Assembly (NCBI GenBank): GCA_030141605.1
Contig: JAQGDQ010000006.1
Coordinates: forward strand, 62,001 to 126,000
Source of the DNA: Tubiluchus corallicola
Lineage: Eukaryota; Animalia; Priapulida
Length of the DNA stretch: 64,000 nucleotides
Direction: 5' to 3'
The first letter of the stretch is position 1. The number at the start of each line of letters is the position of its first letter. This document shows positions 13,611-27,239 of this stretch, piece by piece. A program made the translations under genes and the position numbers. The notes beneath the pieces were generated by a model. The model saw only the letters and a list, made by a program, of their open reading frames with translations. It was not told where the DNA came from and did no database searches.

Positions 13611-14942
13611 CCAAAAGACTCGAAAAATATTACAAAATCACTTTTGCCAATGCTGAAGTGCTGCAAGAAAATGTTAGGCTGTTTTTTTATATATTTTGAC
13701 TACTGAACCGCCAAGCATACGGTGCACATAAACACGTAAGTTATATAAAACGTGACGCTTCACTACTGATGAGCACTATTTTGCTTTCTATTTTTTTCAC
13801 TTTTGCTTTGCTTCACTTTTACTAACGACACTGTGTTGCCGTACTGCCGCTGTAATTTATAACTAATTTAGACGCAAAATCGTGTTTGTTAATTAAGTGA
13901 TCGTGTAATGAATTCAGTTTGTTGTTAATCACCCAGAGTCATTATTCATGGCGTTATTCACTGCGAAAGTTTAGCTTGACATTTACGTTCTTAGGCTGAA
14001 ACAACCCAAATAGATGCGGACTGATACATGTCTTGCCGTACTATTTTCAAGTAAAAACGTTTAACATATCGCACAATCTATTATTAAAAATGTACAACGT
14101 GCTTACGATACGAGAAAGGAGCGTATTGCCGCACAATGCATCATTTGTTACGTAGCTTTAAGCATCTGCTTTTGCTGTAAGCATAGGCGCCAGCAAAGCA
14201 TAAAGCAATAGGACCGAATAGAGTCGTCTACGCGATTCAATATTCTCTTTCATTTACGAATGTCAATTTTTAATGTCGCGTGTTGCCATTTTCGGCATTA
14301 TAAATGCAAAAAGATAGTTTGGAGGAAATAAAGAATATGAAACTGCTACGTGGTGACATGCCATAATACAACATGCCGTTTCGATTGATAAAAAACGAAA
14401 TGAAGTTTAAACGATGAAAATAGAGCGCGTTTTGTTGCTAGTACTACATGTGGCGACAGAGAAATAAAAATTTAACAGAATAAAGAAAATGTCCATTCAA
14501 ACTGCTTTAAATAAAATCGAATATCGATAAAAAAATGGAAAAACTTCCGGGTAATATCATAATGCTCTTTCACGAAAATGTCCAATGCAAAAATTTATAG
14601 ACTAACCAGCCTACATTCTTCTTGTTAGACGTTGGAACTAATTCTTTAATCATGATTAATAATGCTATAATAGAAAACAACGCCGTATGACAATGCTATA
14701 CTACAATGACTCATTATAATGATGTATGATATATGACCTATTCAGTTCGAAAGTAAATTGGAATGACGAATTTATGCTTTTCACAGCATGTGCAATCCAG
14801 AATTACAGTATCCCAATTGCAATGCTTTACGATAACCATGGTCCACACCGTTCAAAACGACAATGGTGCAAAATCTAATTGTAGTCAATTCAACGCAAAA
14901 GCAATGTTCCAATGACTCATGATAATCACAGTCCATGTACTG

Positions 14943-15592
14943 TAGAAGCAGGCCACCTGCTTCGCGTTCTCCCTGGGGCAGAGAAGCAGCAGGCATCCCC
15001 CCCAGGTGAGCTAGAGGCAGGACACCTGCTTCGCATTCTCCCTGAAAAAGATGAACAGCAGGCATTCCCTTGGGCGAACTAGAAGCAGGGCACCTGCTTC
15101 GCGTTCTTCCTGGAGAAGAAGCATAGCAGGTATTCCTCTGGGCGAAATAGAGGTATGACACCTGCTTCGCGTTCTCTCGGGGTAAAAAGCATAGCAAGCA
15201 TTCCCCCAGGTGAAATAGAGGCAGGGCACCTGCTTTGTGTTCTCCCTGAGGAAGAAGAACAGCAGGTATTTCCCCGGGCGAGCTAGAGGTATGGCACCTA
15301 CTTCGCCTTCTCTCGGGGTAAAAAGCATAGCACGCCTTCCCCCAGGTGAAATAGAGGCAGGGCACTTGCTTCGCGTTCTCCCTGGGGAAGAAGCACAGCA
15401 GACATTTCCCCGGGCGAACTAGAGGCAGGACGCCTGCTTCGCGTTCTCCCTGGGGAAGAAGCACAGCAGGCATTCCCTTGGGCGAACTAGAAGCAAGCCA
15501 CCTGCTTCGCGTTCTCCCTGGGGAAGAAGCACAGCAGGCATTCCCTTGGGCGAACTAGAAGTCTTCAAGCAGAGCACCTGTTTCGCGTTCTC
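14943..15592. repeat. GC-rich minisatellite, 68-bp unit, ~9.5 copies
   Basis: CCTGCTTC anchor at 14956, 15025, 15093, 15161, 15229, 15297, 15365, 15433, 15501, 15577; consensus ~CACCTGCTTCGCGTTCTCCCTGGGGAAGAAGCACAGCAGGCATTCCCTTGGGCGAACTAGAGGCAGGG. Confidence 0.97.
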
Positions 15593-17699
15593 TCAGTGAC
15601 CAATGAACAAGAGTTATACGACACTGACGAAAACGACAACAAAGTAGCAGCAAAGTCTAAACCCCCATCAAACAATCAATTTAATAAAAACAATTAATAA
15701 CAAAGAGAGACGCTTCGCTGGTTTATGCGCCGCGTCGCCCATTGATTCTATTACTTGCCGGGATGCTGGAAAACTATGAACTGTTTGAGATGGGTACGAC
15801 AAGTTACGCTCATAATGCACGCCGCCGAGAACTCTAAAGCTTTGGACTCATTTCAGCACTATGTAGAGAGATTTAAATGCATCAGACTGAATTTATTTTT
15901 ATTTATTTTTCTAAAAGAAAATTTTCGAAAGCAGCTAGGAAAGAATAAATTTAAAGTTTAACGTTGCTGTAGATCGACATTTTGTTTTCTAACTGTGAAA
16001 ATAAAGCAATTAACAACGAATTAAAACTTTTTGTATGATAATTATTAAGATGACATATACATAGCTGGACGTCACATTATGAGTTAATACAATGTATCTG
16101 CCAATAAATGATATAATTAGTACAATGACATGTTACATATTTCAATATAGTTAATCTGTGCGCAGTCAAGGTGGTGAAAAGCCTGTTATATATATATCTT
16201 TTACCATATCATAATGGATTTCCTCAGGGAAAAATTTCGTGAACTGGTTTATATAGTCCTATTACATGAATTAACTAATTGTCGAATTAATGGATAATGA
16301 ACGCATGATTCGTCTGACTTCAATCATTATAAGAGTGCAATTTACGCTACTTCATACAGACGGTTAAGAACTTACCTTTAACCTTAACTTTAGATTTACA
16401 ATACAATTTAGAAAGCAATTTACAATACTTTACGCAATAAAGAGATATATATGTTCTTAAAATCATACTTAAAAATTTTTCGTTTTGAAACATTGTGAGC
16501 AACTATGAGTTTTCTGATATTGTATAAATTAAAATACCTTCAAGTGGCATTATTGTATTCTTTTAGTGTCCCGTATCATGTTAATAGTTTAAAGACAATA
16601 AATAAGTAAATAAATAATATGATGGGTGCCACTAGCAGATTAGTAATAGATTTCAAAATACAATCCACTGTACCCGCCGTTTAAAACGACTATTTTCATT
16701 GACTTGTCAAAACATTTAATTTATTGATCCGAAAAACTGACAAACAACTTTTTCTGGTGACGTGAGCTACTTGTTAAACAGCATGTGCGCGCATACTGGG
16801 CATAAACAAAAGTAAACAAGATTCACCTTATAATTGTAAACAAATCTCTTAATGACTTAATTAAACAAAGCATGCCAGAACTTGAAAGTTGTAAATACTG
16901 TATTATCAAAGCTGGATACAGCACCAGGGTCAAATTTCGTTCCCCGTTGTTCGTTTATATGTTCACTAATTCATTAATTCACTTGTTCATCTATTCATTC
17001 ATGGTTGCTTTTTGATTTATTGATTAGCCGAATTGCCGGCCGACAGATTGATAGGCCCAATGACTGACAGATGAATAAAGAAGCATATCTCAAATGGTTG
17101 GACGACCCCTGCCCTGTAAGCCTGTTTGTTTGCCTGGCTTACACATGTTTTCTGCAAAGCACTAAACGTCTTACTTTGACCGAAATAACCAATGCATGCA
17201 AGTGAATGGTGAATGCCCTTATACTGCTAGCTACTAAGTTATTCTATTCTCCATAGAGCGTACGTGATTGCATTTGCAGATATTTAGAAGACTGGCGCAA
17301 GATCTCACGGAAATCTCAATCAGATTTTTTGGTTTTTCTTCGGTGCTCGAAATCAGCTCCCGGATTTTCACTAAACTCAAGGTGCAGTCGTCTGGGTGCG
17401 CTATAATTAGCTTTACTCTGCGTGTATTTCAAAGGCAGCAGCAACAACTGCGAGAAAATAGTAAAAGCGTTGTAGATTGTAACAGATTTTGGACAACTCT
17501 TGTCGCTTATGGTTATCATTTTACTATGCAGTTTATCATACATTAGTTTTAAATTGGATATGAGCATTGCAGTCTATTTCAGTAAACTTCACGCCACACC
17601 ACTGGGACTGTTAGTGTGACCATGGGAATTTAAAGATCCAATAATAGTAAATTACTAAAAGAACTCGATTTCACACGATGCAGCTCGATCATAACTTCG

Positions 17700-17960
17700 T
17701 GCATAATGAGCTGACTAGATTTGAAATAGTTGCTAAATTTAACCAGTTATAATAACTTGTCCGAATACCCTCCAGAGGTTCTTGCTGAATTTGATGTGTT
17801 TTCAGTTATACTAAGTCTATTCATTTTATTGTTGGTAAATAATTTTCTAGTTAGAAATAGGAAAATGAGTATACTTTTTAAATAATGTTTAGCGATTAAA
17901 ACTTAAAACTCAGCTGCTTTCCATTAGATTTTTTCTAACGCTGCTTCTGTACCTATTTAC
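17700..17960 (-). mobile_element. Possible very old LINE 3' fragment
   Basis: Minus-strand LEKI*WKAAEF (cf. LEKIQRKAARF) followed ~150 nt later by RTSGGYSDKLL*...NYFKSS (cf. RTRGHxxKL...NxFKxSF). Confidence 0.35.
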
Positions 17961-18512
17961 ACGCCCTTCAGTCTTTAATGAATTTTTGAACACAGTTGTT
18001 GCAGCTGTTTTCGGATGGTGATACCGAAACTATAACGTCTTTTAACCGCTTAATAAATTTTGGAAGAGCCAGAGGCCGCTTGCGAATGAAACAATCAAGG
18101 ACATGGGCAGCAACGTCATGTATCCAACTTACGAGCTTTTCTACGGCAAACAAAAACAAACAGCAACTTGTTTCAGGTTCCGGATTTTATGTAGCTGTTG
18201 CCAGATTGTCCCACTTACGGAACAGTTTTAAACAAAGGATTATTTGTCCTTACCATGTTATTCTAGCCATAAATCGTTCCTGACTATTTCTCCGAGCCGG
18301 GCTGCAGCCATGGTGGAAGTGCAATTGAGCAAAGCAAAAGCACGTGTCTGTTAATTGGTCAAGGCTTCGCGTGACGTGAAGCGGAACGGGCACTTGAAAC
18401 GAAGCCAGATACAGCAGTAAACATATCAACTCATCCATGTGTCTGTCATCGGATACACTCTGTAAAGGGCTAGATAAATTTGTATGGAATACACGTTAAC
18501 ACCTTGATAGAA

Positions 18513-18862
<350 letters not shown>

Positions 18863-20306
18863 CGAGGAGGTGCCAAAATATAGCCGTACAATTGCTTTCA
18901 GGAATTTAACTGAAGGATTTTATTTGGGGCACTCTTCAGTTTAGCCTGATTGCTTATCACTGTGAACAAGACATTAATTTACAAATCTGTCAACGGCGTT
19001 AAAATGTGAAATCAATGAATTTCGCATCCAAGTACAAATATTAGAAGATCTTATTTAATTAATCCCCATAGTTACTAGTGCTACAACGAGAATGACTCTT
19101 ACGGCACTCTTCTCCCACTTACCGCCTCAAACTCACAATTATCAATATCGATGAATGAAGCCATTTTTCCAACCCAATCATCATTAGCTCTTACATGTAC
19201 AGTTTGCTGACAGCAGCAGAAAGAATAATAAACCGTGTTCTAATCTTCGAACCAGGATTAGCAAGACTTAGAGGCATTGGGAAGCAAGCGTACGACGACA
19301 TTAATTTACTAGCGACGAAATAAAATGAAATCACATTGCGCACTCTCGATGATAGCATAAGAAAGGAAGGGCGGATCTGTAAATGGGCGTTTCTAATATT
19401 TTACCAACATGTATTCAACTCTACGTTCAAACGTTCAAAACGTTTCCTACTCTAGTGTTACGAGATGCTTTTTCCTGGATCTCTCGGGTTTGCATTTGCA
19501 TTTTACTTTGAGCTTTTCTGGCTCACTGACCCTCAAAACCATCAGAACCTAGATAAGAGAATTGTCAAATAACCAGCCACTCAAACGCTATGCAGTTGTC
19601 AACAAAATGATCAAAACGGCTCATTTTCGACGACTAGCGCTCCCTAATCTAAGCAAAGCTCATCAATCAAGCAGAACAAGTGGATATTATTGCAAATGTT
19701 TTCAGAGTTTAAATAGACACTGCAGAAAGTCTTCAAGTAAACACTCCAATCTGTCACTGACTATTTATGTCAAACAACACTGGGAGAATAATGCTGACTG
19801 TTTTTAGCGTCTCTTGGTTCTGCTGTTTCCTGCTGATACCATTGCGCTGTTAAGCCATAGAAAGAAACGTCGAAATAGAATTTTACCGAATCGTGTTCTT
19901 ATAATGCCTATTTATTTGCTTTATGAAGTCGCTCAGTGAGAAAATCTTCAAGGAAACACAAAAATTGTTACCCGATGCTTGCTTATTATTGCCTCAAAGC
20001 TGCTTTTTGTAGTTGTCCGTATGGTTTTTCAATGGCTGTATCTTATGTGTATGTAGAAAAGCGAGATCAGCATTTGGCTCTAAAAAAGAGAATTAAATAA
20101 TGTTCTGTAATGAAGTCATTTTGCAAAAACAGTGTGATCTTCTTCGCATTTTTTTTCTATTTGTGGTTTTATTTATTTCTTTTCTATTTCAATATCAGCT
20201 AAAAACATCTGAGACACACAAGCTATGATCTAGAAATCCACACTGTGTAAGTATCTCAAATTTCGTGTGTTGTTTGTTGTTTCATTCGTATGCATTATAA
20301 AGATCA

Positions 20307-20527
20307 TGTTACAACTGACAATGTAATAAACGCCCAAGCATATTGTAATACCAAACAAATTAGCGAATATTATAATAAAAACCAACGCGTAATGTAATAA
20401 ACAACCTAGAATGTAATAAAATTCATTGGTGATGTAATAAAAAAGTAAGACCCGCAAAGCGTATAACGTAATAACAAAAGTTCTAACAGATAATGTAATA
20501 ATTGACAGAATTAATGTTACCTGGTAC
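20307..20527 (-). mobile_element. Same foldback-like family, copy C (isolated arm)
   Basis: TGTTACAACTGA...AATGTAATAA repeats...AATTAATGTTACCTGGTAC; reverse complement matches GTACCAAGTAACATTAATTC...TTATTACATTAT at ~41912-41950. Confidence 0.7.
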
Positions 20528-20650
20528 AATTTTCTCATATAAAGTTGGTTTTATTTTTTAGACAATGAAGGTCGTAATGGCATTTTCTCCTCGTCTCATT
20601 GGCATCACAACCCTCTTCAACGTATTACCATCAGCCAAATTAGTCAATGA

Positions 20651-20652
20651 TC

Positions 20653-20702
<50 letters not shown>
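20651..20702. repeat. (TC)n microsatellite
   Basis: Directly visible. Confidence 0.98.
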
Positions 20703-20704
<2 letters not shown>

Positions 20705-22174
20705 CTTTAGCCCATTATCTGCAGGATAATGTTAATACGTCTTCGAAACACAGTAATTTAACACAACACGCCATTTGTCTTTTGTGGAGCCTGCATCTTC
20801 TGTTTGACTTGTCCTACATGGTCAACAGCCAGAAAGGATAAAATTTAACAGGATCGTCAGGAGCAAATTCGATGTGCGTTAAAGAACTTAGATTTTATTA
20901 AACATTTACATTACCCGTTTCTAATGAAGCCCATCACTAATCAAAATTAATATACTTTTGAATACTGGCCTATTTATTGATCAATAGAGACTCTTACCAG
21001 CAAAAGGTAAAAAAACTGGGTCATATCTACAATTTTTCAAAAAATTGCAAGTTTGTACCACCCATGCTAATTTTGTTAGACTGAATTTGAATATAATACT
21101 GGGGGTAACAGTGTGTCATATTTCTTCTATATTTCAATGAAGTTAATGTCAATTTAATATAAACCAATTTATTTTATTATTACAGTTAGTTTTACAATCG
21201 ATGTAGAATGTGGATACGATATTAATTTGAGTAATTTCAGTGATTGAAGTCCTAAGTGCGTTGCAAACTGTGACTTCTAACTCTCACATTTTCAATAATG
21301 ACTTGCAAAATGTCATATCTTCAATTTATTTTTAACTCTTTCAGCATTGATACTTATCAGCTAAAAGTAAGTAAAGAAGCTCGTGGTGACCTAAAAACTA
21401 TAAAATATATACGAAATACCTGGTCTCATTATTTCTGTAATAACAAAAAGTTGAAATTTCTCAAAAACAATTTTTATACACACTTTACAGGTAACTTCCT
21501 CGATAGATGTTTACTAATTGGCAGCTAATAATTAATCTGCAATCGCAACTTAGCTACGGTTTGAAATAAATGATCTCACTCCGCTTTACTATTATGCTTT
21601 GCTTTTCAATATGAATGTTAGTTTAATTTAGTTTTACCATGACTGCTGTTTTGATAACTTGTTACCATGGTTTACACGGAAAACTAAAAGACTCATTTGT
21701 AAAAACTTATGAGTGTCAAAGTTACTTCACCAGCCACATGGGCTACATCAGTACTTTATCAAAAATTAAAGCGACTGTATTATACCGATGCGGTGCATTT
21801 TGCTTACAATAACTGTCGTTGTGAAATGAACTTTTTGTGAATGTGTTTCCTGCAAATAGAAACTAAAAGTTAACATTATGTTTTCTCTCTTCGCGTCACT
21901 CTTTTTCATAGTTGTCTTTTTAAAAACTTCGTGGCAAAGGTACTAATGATACTCTGATAAAGAAACCTCAGATAATGGTTCATCGTGAAATGTGATCTTA
22001 TTAACATTTTAGTTTTTGTTAGGTAAGCACGGCACGCCTTTGAAAAGTATTGATAAATAATTGCGAAATATACTTTACGCACCAACAGTGAATCGAATTC
22101 AAAGCAGTGACAAAGTGACAGAAGTTTTTTTATCTTTGTCTTTATTTGTTAAAAATAAACAATTTGTTAAAAAT

Positions 22175-22953
22175 TCTCAACCTTCCCGATCTAGCAGTAG
22201 TATTTATATATAACATGAGTGCCTTAATAATATAATTAAAGGTCAGCATAAGCGCTTTAATATGGTGGCTTCTTGCTTTGTGAAAGTATTTGTTTTCTAA
22301 ATGAATAAATAAAAGCAGCTGTTTATAGTCTAAAGTCAGCAGTTGCTGGATGAGCACTAGCTGAATACCAGGGAATTACTTACTGGTCATAGAGTAGTAA
22401 AATATAATAGTCGAACACACGAACTTGTCCATGTTATAATTCGTTTTAATATGTCTGATGCAATGCTACACTGAGTTAAAAGTCTGCATGTAACAATACC
22501 ATGTAACTATTATATTCATTTTCACTAAAATATTATTGCAAGCCTGTGCATGGAATGGATAAATTTAAACTATATAAGAAGCGTCAGTTAAAATTAAATT
22601 GAAATAGTGAAAAACCGCTATCTCTCCTCCTTTCCAAACACAGCAAGAAAACATGCCATACGTATTCACACACCACTATATCACTGGTACCAAGTTTTAA
22701 TATAATAATACCAAGTACAGCTAGTTATTGCATTATCGGCTAGAATTTTTGTTATTACATTATGGGTTTCTGTAGTGTTACAATATGCGTTAAACTTCGG
22801 GTTATTACGTTATATGTTTTCGATGTCTTGTGTTAATTTTTTTACTACATTATCAGTTAATTATTACATTATGTGTTAATTTTTATTTCATTATGCATTA
22901 GTTAATTTTTCTGTATTATAGTATCGAGCGTTTATTACTATATCAGTTGTAAT
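22175..22953 (+). mobile_element. Same foldback-like family, copy B (core plus complete right arm)
   Basis: Collinear similarity to 41510-42060; TTATTACATTAT repeats; ends ...TCAGTTGTAATA, the reverse complement of the TGTTACAACTGA terminus with one mismatch. Confidence 0.75.
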
Positions 22954-24722
22954 AGACTTTAACTTATTCATTTCTAAATAAACCGCCCATCCGTCTGTGC
23001 ATTCGTCCATTAATTAATTAATTCCTTCATTCAATTTCATTCTTTCTTTCATTTGTTAATAACTACCATTAAAGTATCGATCGATCAAAAGCATAAACTT
23101 TTCTGGAAACTACATTATAGAGAAAAAATAGCGCAATCATGTTAAGGGAAACTTCCCACTGAATACTGATTTATTAGATTATTGGCTGATATAAGACGAT
23201 AATACGATTATAAACACCTTCTATGCAAAGGGACAAAAGGGGATATCGAGAAGAACAGATATCAGTCAATTTACTGAATTAGATCGCAGATACTGAGTGT
23301 GATCTTGTTTAAATGAGTTTACAGTCTTACACAAGTGTCTTTTTCAAAAGATAACTGTAAATTAATGATTACTAGAAATTCTGCAGCGCTGTACAGCCAA
23401 GATAGCCACAAGACGAATGCTGTCAGCATGTTCAAGATAAAAGACATTCTTTAGTGAGAAATCATTCTTCAATCTATTATCAATTCACTGTGGTACAAGA
23501 ACTTGTGTAGCTGGTGAGTTTTGAAAGTTTGTCGACATTCGCTATTATTGCAAGCTGCCCAGATATATTAATGATTCATAAATAATTGTTGCCTGCATTG
23601 CCAAGGACATCTAGTCAGTTCATATGCATATAACCAATCAGTTTAATTATCTTCTTTACAGAAATATGGGTTACTTCAGTTAATGTGACTCTGCTGATGC
23701 ATGCTGAGAACACTCTGCGTAACACATTGAATACAAATTACTCATTACAGCAACATCTTGTATTGTGGTATATTGATCAATGCCAGACGATGAAAGTATG
23801 CGATTATTAATTCAAAGTTGCGCAATGACGACGACATATATCCTTTGTTAATACCACGACTGGTAAAAGAGAGGAGACTTCCCCATGAAAAAATAAAAAA
23901 ATTGCGTAGGAGTTTAGCACAGTTATAAAACTAGCAATAAGTAGCACATAGGACAACAATAAAGAACGCGAATAGCTATTGTTACAAAATTCATTATCGA
24001 CAGTGTAAAACGTTTCATATTGAATTATGGTTTCCAATGGACTCTTGCACATTCTTTATATTGCTACTATTTTATAATCCTACAGGTTGCCTAACTGCCA
24101 AACTGTCCTGTTAACAATCTGCTGTATTACTTGATTTACCTCAGAATTCATTTACGCTAAAGGAAAATTCTCGCTGAGCTCCGTACATAGGAATAGTTGT
24201 CAAATGAATTTACACAATACATCAAGTTGACGAAGCCACATTGCTGCTATAATGACGCAGTGTCCTGTCCACGCGACAAATTAATTTTTCAAGATATAAG
24301 GAATTTCCAGACGTATCCAATAAAACATCGAATCAAATAGGAAAAGTAATAAATTCCGAGCATATAGTCCGATTATTTCCAGGCAATTGGTAGATTAATC
24401 ACGCGTCGCGCGCGCCATGGCCGTGAGCGCTTGGTGCAGTAATTGCTAGAATTTTATTCAAATTTCATGTCAATTTTATCTGTCTGCTGAAACATTATTT
24501 GCTGTTTTACTAGCAAGCAGAAATTTGTTGATAACTCGAAAAACTTGAGAAGGCTTAGCGAGAAATATGACGTAATCCCATATTGTTATATACATTCTTA
24601 TTTTTATCCAATATTGATATTTCGCAGATCGAGCACGGAATTATAATAAATGAATTTTTTCAAAATGGTCGCATAACATTTAATATATTTACGAGTGAGG
24701 GAATGGGATTTGACGTGATGTA

Positions 24723-25191
24723 CAGGGCGTTTCAATAGTCATTGCCCACTTTGCACTTCAATTTTTTTAACAAACAAAATGAAATATTTGAAATTGGTAC
24801 AGATGAATTAAATTATTTGATAGTTATTTTGTCAAATTAGACGATTACCTAAAAAGAACTACTATAGTAGTAGGTTGTTCTGTTTTCGCTGCCTTCAAAA
24901 CATTTCTGCTAATGATTAACACATGCATTTTCAATATAAGCAAGCATTTCCAGTTAAATGTTTGCGCAACAATCTCTAATTGTTATTTCGAGTTCGTGAA
25001 GGACTATTGAAGGTGCCTTGATCTTTTTTGTATAAATCTTAGCCGCTTGTAAAAAATTGCAGGATGTCAAACCTGTCAAGTAATAGGTTTTAGTCATTAT
25101 TAAATAAATGACCACTTTTGATTAAATACAAAGTTTGTTAAGAAAATCCAAAAAGAAAATCAGAAATCAAAGTGCATAATAAGACACCCTA
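24723..25191 (-). mobile_element. Internally deleted Tc1/mariner-type element
   Basis: TA|CAGGGCGT left end and ACACCCTA|TA right end (CAGGGTG-type termini, TA TSD), CACTTTG/CAAAGTG subterminal inverted motif; minus strand yields LTSCNFL...LHELEITIRDCCANI*LEML...QKCFEG, resembling a transposase C-terminus after SPDLTPCDFFLWG. Confidence 0.6.
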
Positions 25192-25417
25192 TATTGAGCG
25201 TTTTGCTAACGCAATGTTTTTTTTCTTATTTTTTTACTCATAAATAAGGATATGCTCTACATCTAATTAAATTTTTGACTGTTAGGAACGCAAATTATGT
25301 AATTGGTGATAAAGCTAATAATCGGGTCGCTCCTTTGCAAAACAATAGGCATACACAGTAGCCCTAGTGCGACAAGAAATCATGGCCACTAGGTTATTCC
25401 AACTCATAAAGTAACTA

Positions 25418-27239
25418 CAGTAAAATGGGATGAATAGCGACAACTTTTGCATAATCTATCTCTTGATGATATTGTCGTTGTGACAAAAAACTCCAACATT
25501 GTTTTTGATTTGAAAAACAGTTTCTCTATTAACCCTGTATTTTGGGTTGAATCTGGACAGTCTTGTTTTTAATTGCCTTTTGTAGTAGATTTACACCCAT
25601 TTAAGCATTACATTACATGGGGTAAAAAAGAGCACCACTATTTTGTTAAAGGTGCCTATATGTTCAGCAGCTTTTGCATCATATCCATGATTTAGTGATT
25701 CTTGGTCAGTATAGTGGGCCGTCCTAGACTCTTCATCATCGTTTTCTAAAAAATATGTAGCTTTAACACTTTTTCCAGGAGCTTCGCCAAACTTCCTTTT
25801 TCGCTTTGCTGGAAGTACCTGCCCTTCTTTTCCGTATCTTATTTTCCTCAGGATGAATGCAGTCATCTAGAGTCTATTCATCATCAGCATCTCCAACAGC
25901 AGTCTGTTTTGCTGGTTGAGGTGGCAGGCTGTCAGCATTTTCGTTGCAATGGGTAAATTGTCGTTCTTTGTAAATCCAGCCTTAATATTGTCTTTGGCTG
26001 TCGTTAGATCAAACATTAAGAAGTCGTGGAAATGTGCCCTTCGGAAAAGTTGTAGCTTTCCTCCCTTCCTTCTTCTATTCACTTTTCCAGCAATCTATAC
26101 CAAACTCCTTTCCTTCGGGCCAAAGAAGGTCACACCCACTAGCTGACATAATTGCGTCGATTTAGATGGATGGAAAACAAATGCAATGACATTTTCCACA
26201 CAAGCCTGAATGACTTATAATAGTAGGTAAGGGCTGAGATTTTCACCTATTACTATCTTTCTTCCACAATGCTTTCTTAAATGTGGCAGAGCAATTGTCA
26301 TAAACCAATCTGAAAAACATATCGAACTACCCAGACTTGCTTCGTTTCACCTAGTGTCCACGGATCATACATATTAGCTTACTTCTTTCTAAATATGATA
26401 GAAGCATAGTGCTATTAGCACACCCGGTATACACTATTGATGGGACAGATTTAGAAGAATTTATGACATTCTGAATATCGCAAGTCCCCTTTTCTTGACA
26501 AGTGGTAATTACTGACAGTGGCACTTCATTGATTTCGTATCTTGACACTGGTACACTTACATTTGATATTTTGGCATGTTCATATTGTCAAATGCTCCTT
26601 TTGTCGCCTTTGGAATGACTTTGACATTGAACACCAGTTTGTTTTTGAATCGCCTCTTTTTTACAATACGTTTGTCTAAATAGCCTTTGACGATCAAACG
26701 AAGGTGATGTTCATCTACTGGATAGCTCCATTCTGCACATTTTTGCAGCTCTTTAAACAGAATTTTCTCAACTTCGTTTGACAGCACTATGCCTTAAGCT
26801 TATGCCTGAATTTGGCGTGCCTGAACAAGACACTTTTAGAGTTTTTAAATTGCTCTTCTGCTTACCTATATGACAAAGCTGCTTCAATAGCTTTCTTTGC
26901 TAATGCAAAATGCCAGTGTAAAAACCTTCTTGTATTGTTTTTTTTTGGTGTGACTGGAGATAAGTAACTCAACTGCTAGCTGAGTTAAGACATCTGCCCC
27001 AGTGGCTGAGCTTGTGCAATAAAAGTTTAGACTGCCATTGTTTTTTTTCAGTATGCCTTTACATGGCTACATGGCAACCAAAAGTGACTTCACAATGACA
27101 GAGTGTCCTTGGTAGGCAGAACATGCATCAAGTTGACTTATAAAATTATAATGAGCCGTATACGACTTATTAGCAATAGTAGGAATAAATAGCTTTTCTT
27201 GGTTTTGACTACATTATTTATATTCACCCCATTTTACGG
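25418..27239 (-). mobile_element. Decayed pogo/Tigger-like (DDE_1, Tc1/mariner superfamily) DNA transposon with TIRs
   Basis: Left end TA|CAGTAAAATGGGATGAATA and right end TATTCACCCCATTTTACGG are inverted repeats (17/19 identical). Broken minus-strand ORFs give EVEKILFKELQKCAEWSYPVDEHHLRLIVKGYLDK (CENP-B-type HTH), FSDWFMTIALPHLRK...STQLCQLVGVTFFGP (decayed DDE_1 THxxQPLDVxFFGP) and KRKRKFGEAPGKSV; many stops/frameshifts. Confidence 0.85.

Noticed and set aside
14781-15473. 230-aa ORF (and overlapping 105- and 61-aa ORFs) as a protein gene or CRISPR array
   Set aside because: Derived from the 68-bp tandem repeat (peptide repeats every 68 aa by frame cycling); units are repeated end to end with no unique spacers, no cas genes, eukaryotic context.
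20940-21340. Possible minus-strand LINE RT relic (NKINWFILN, ISMGGTNLQF)
   Set aside because: Similarity too faint to support without a search.
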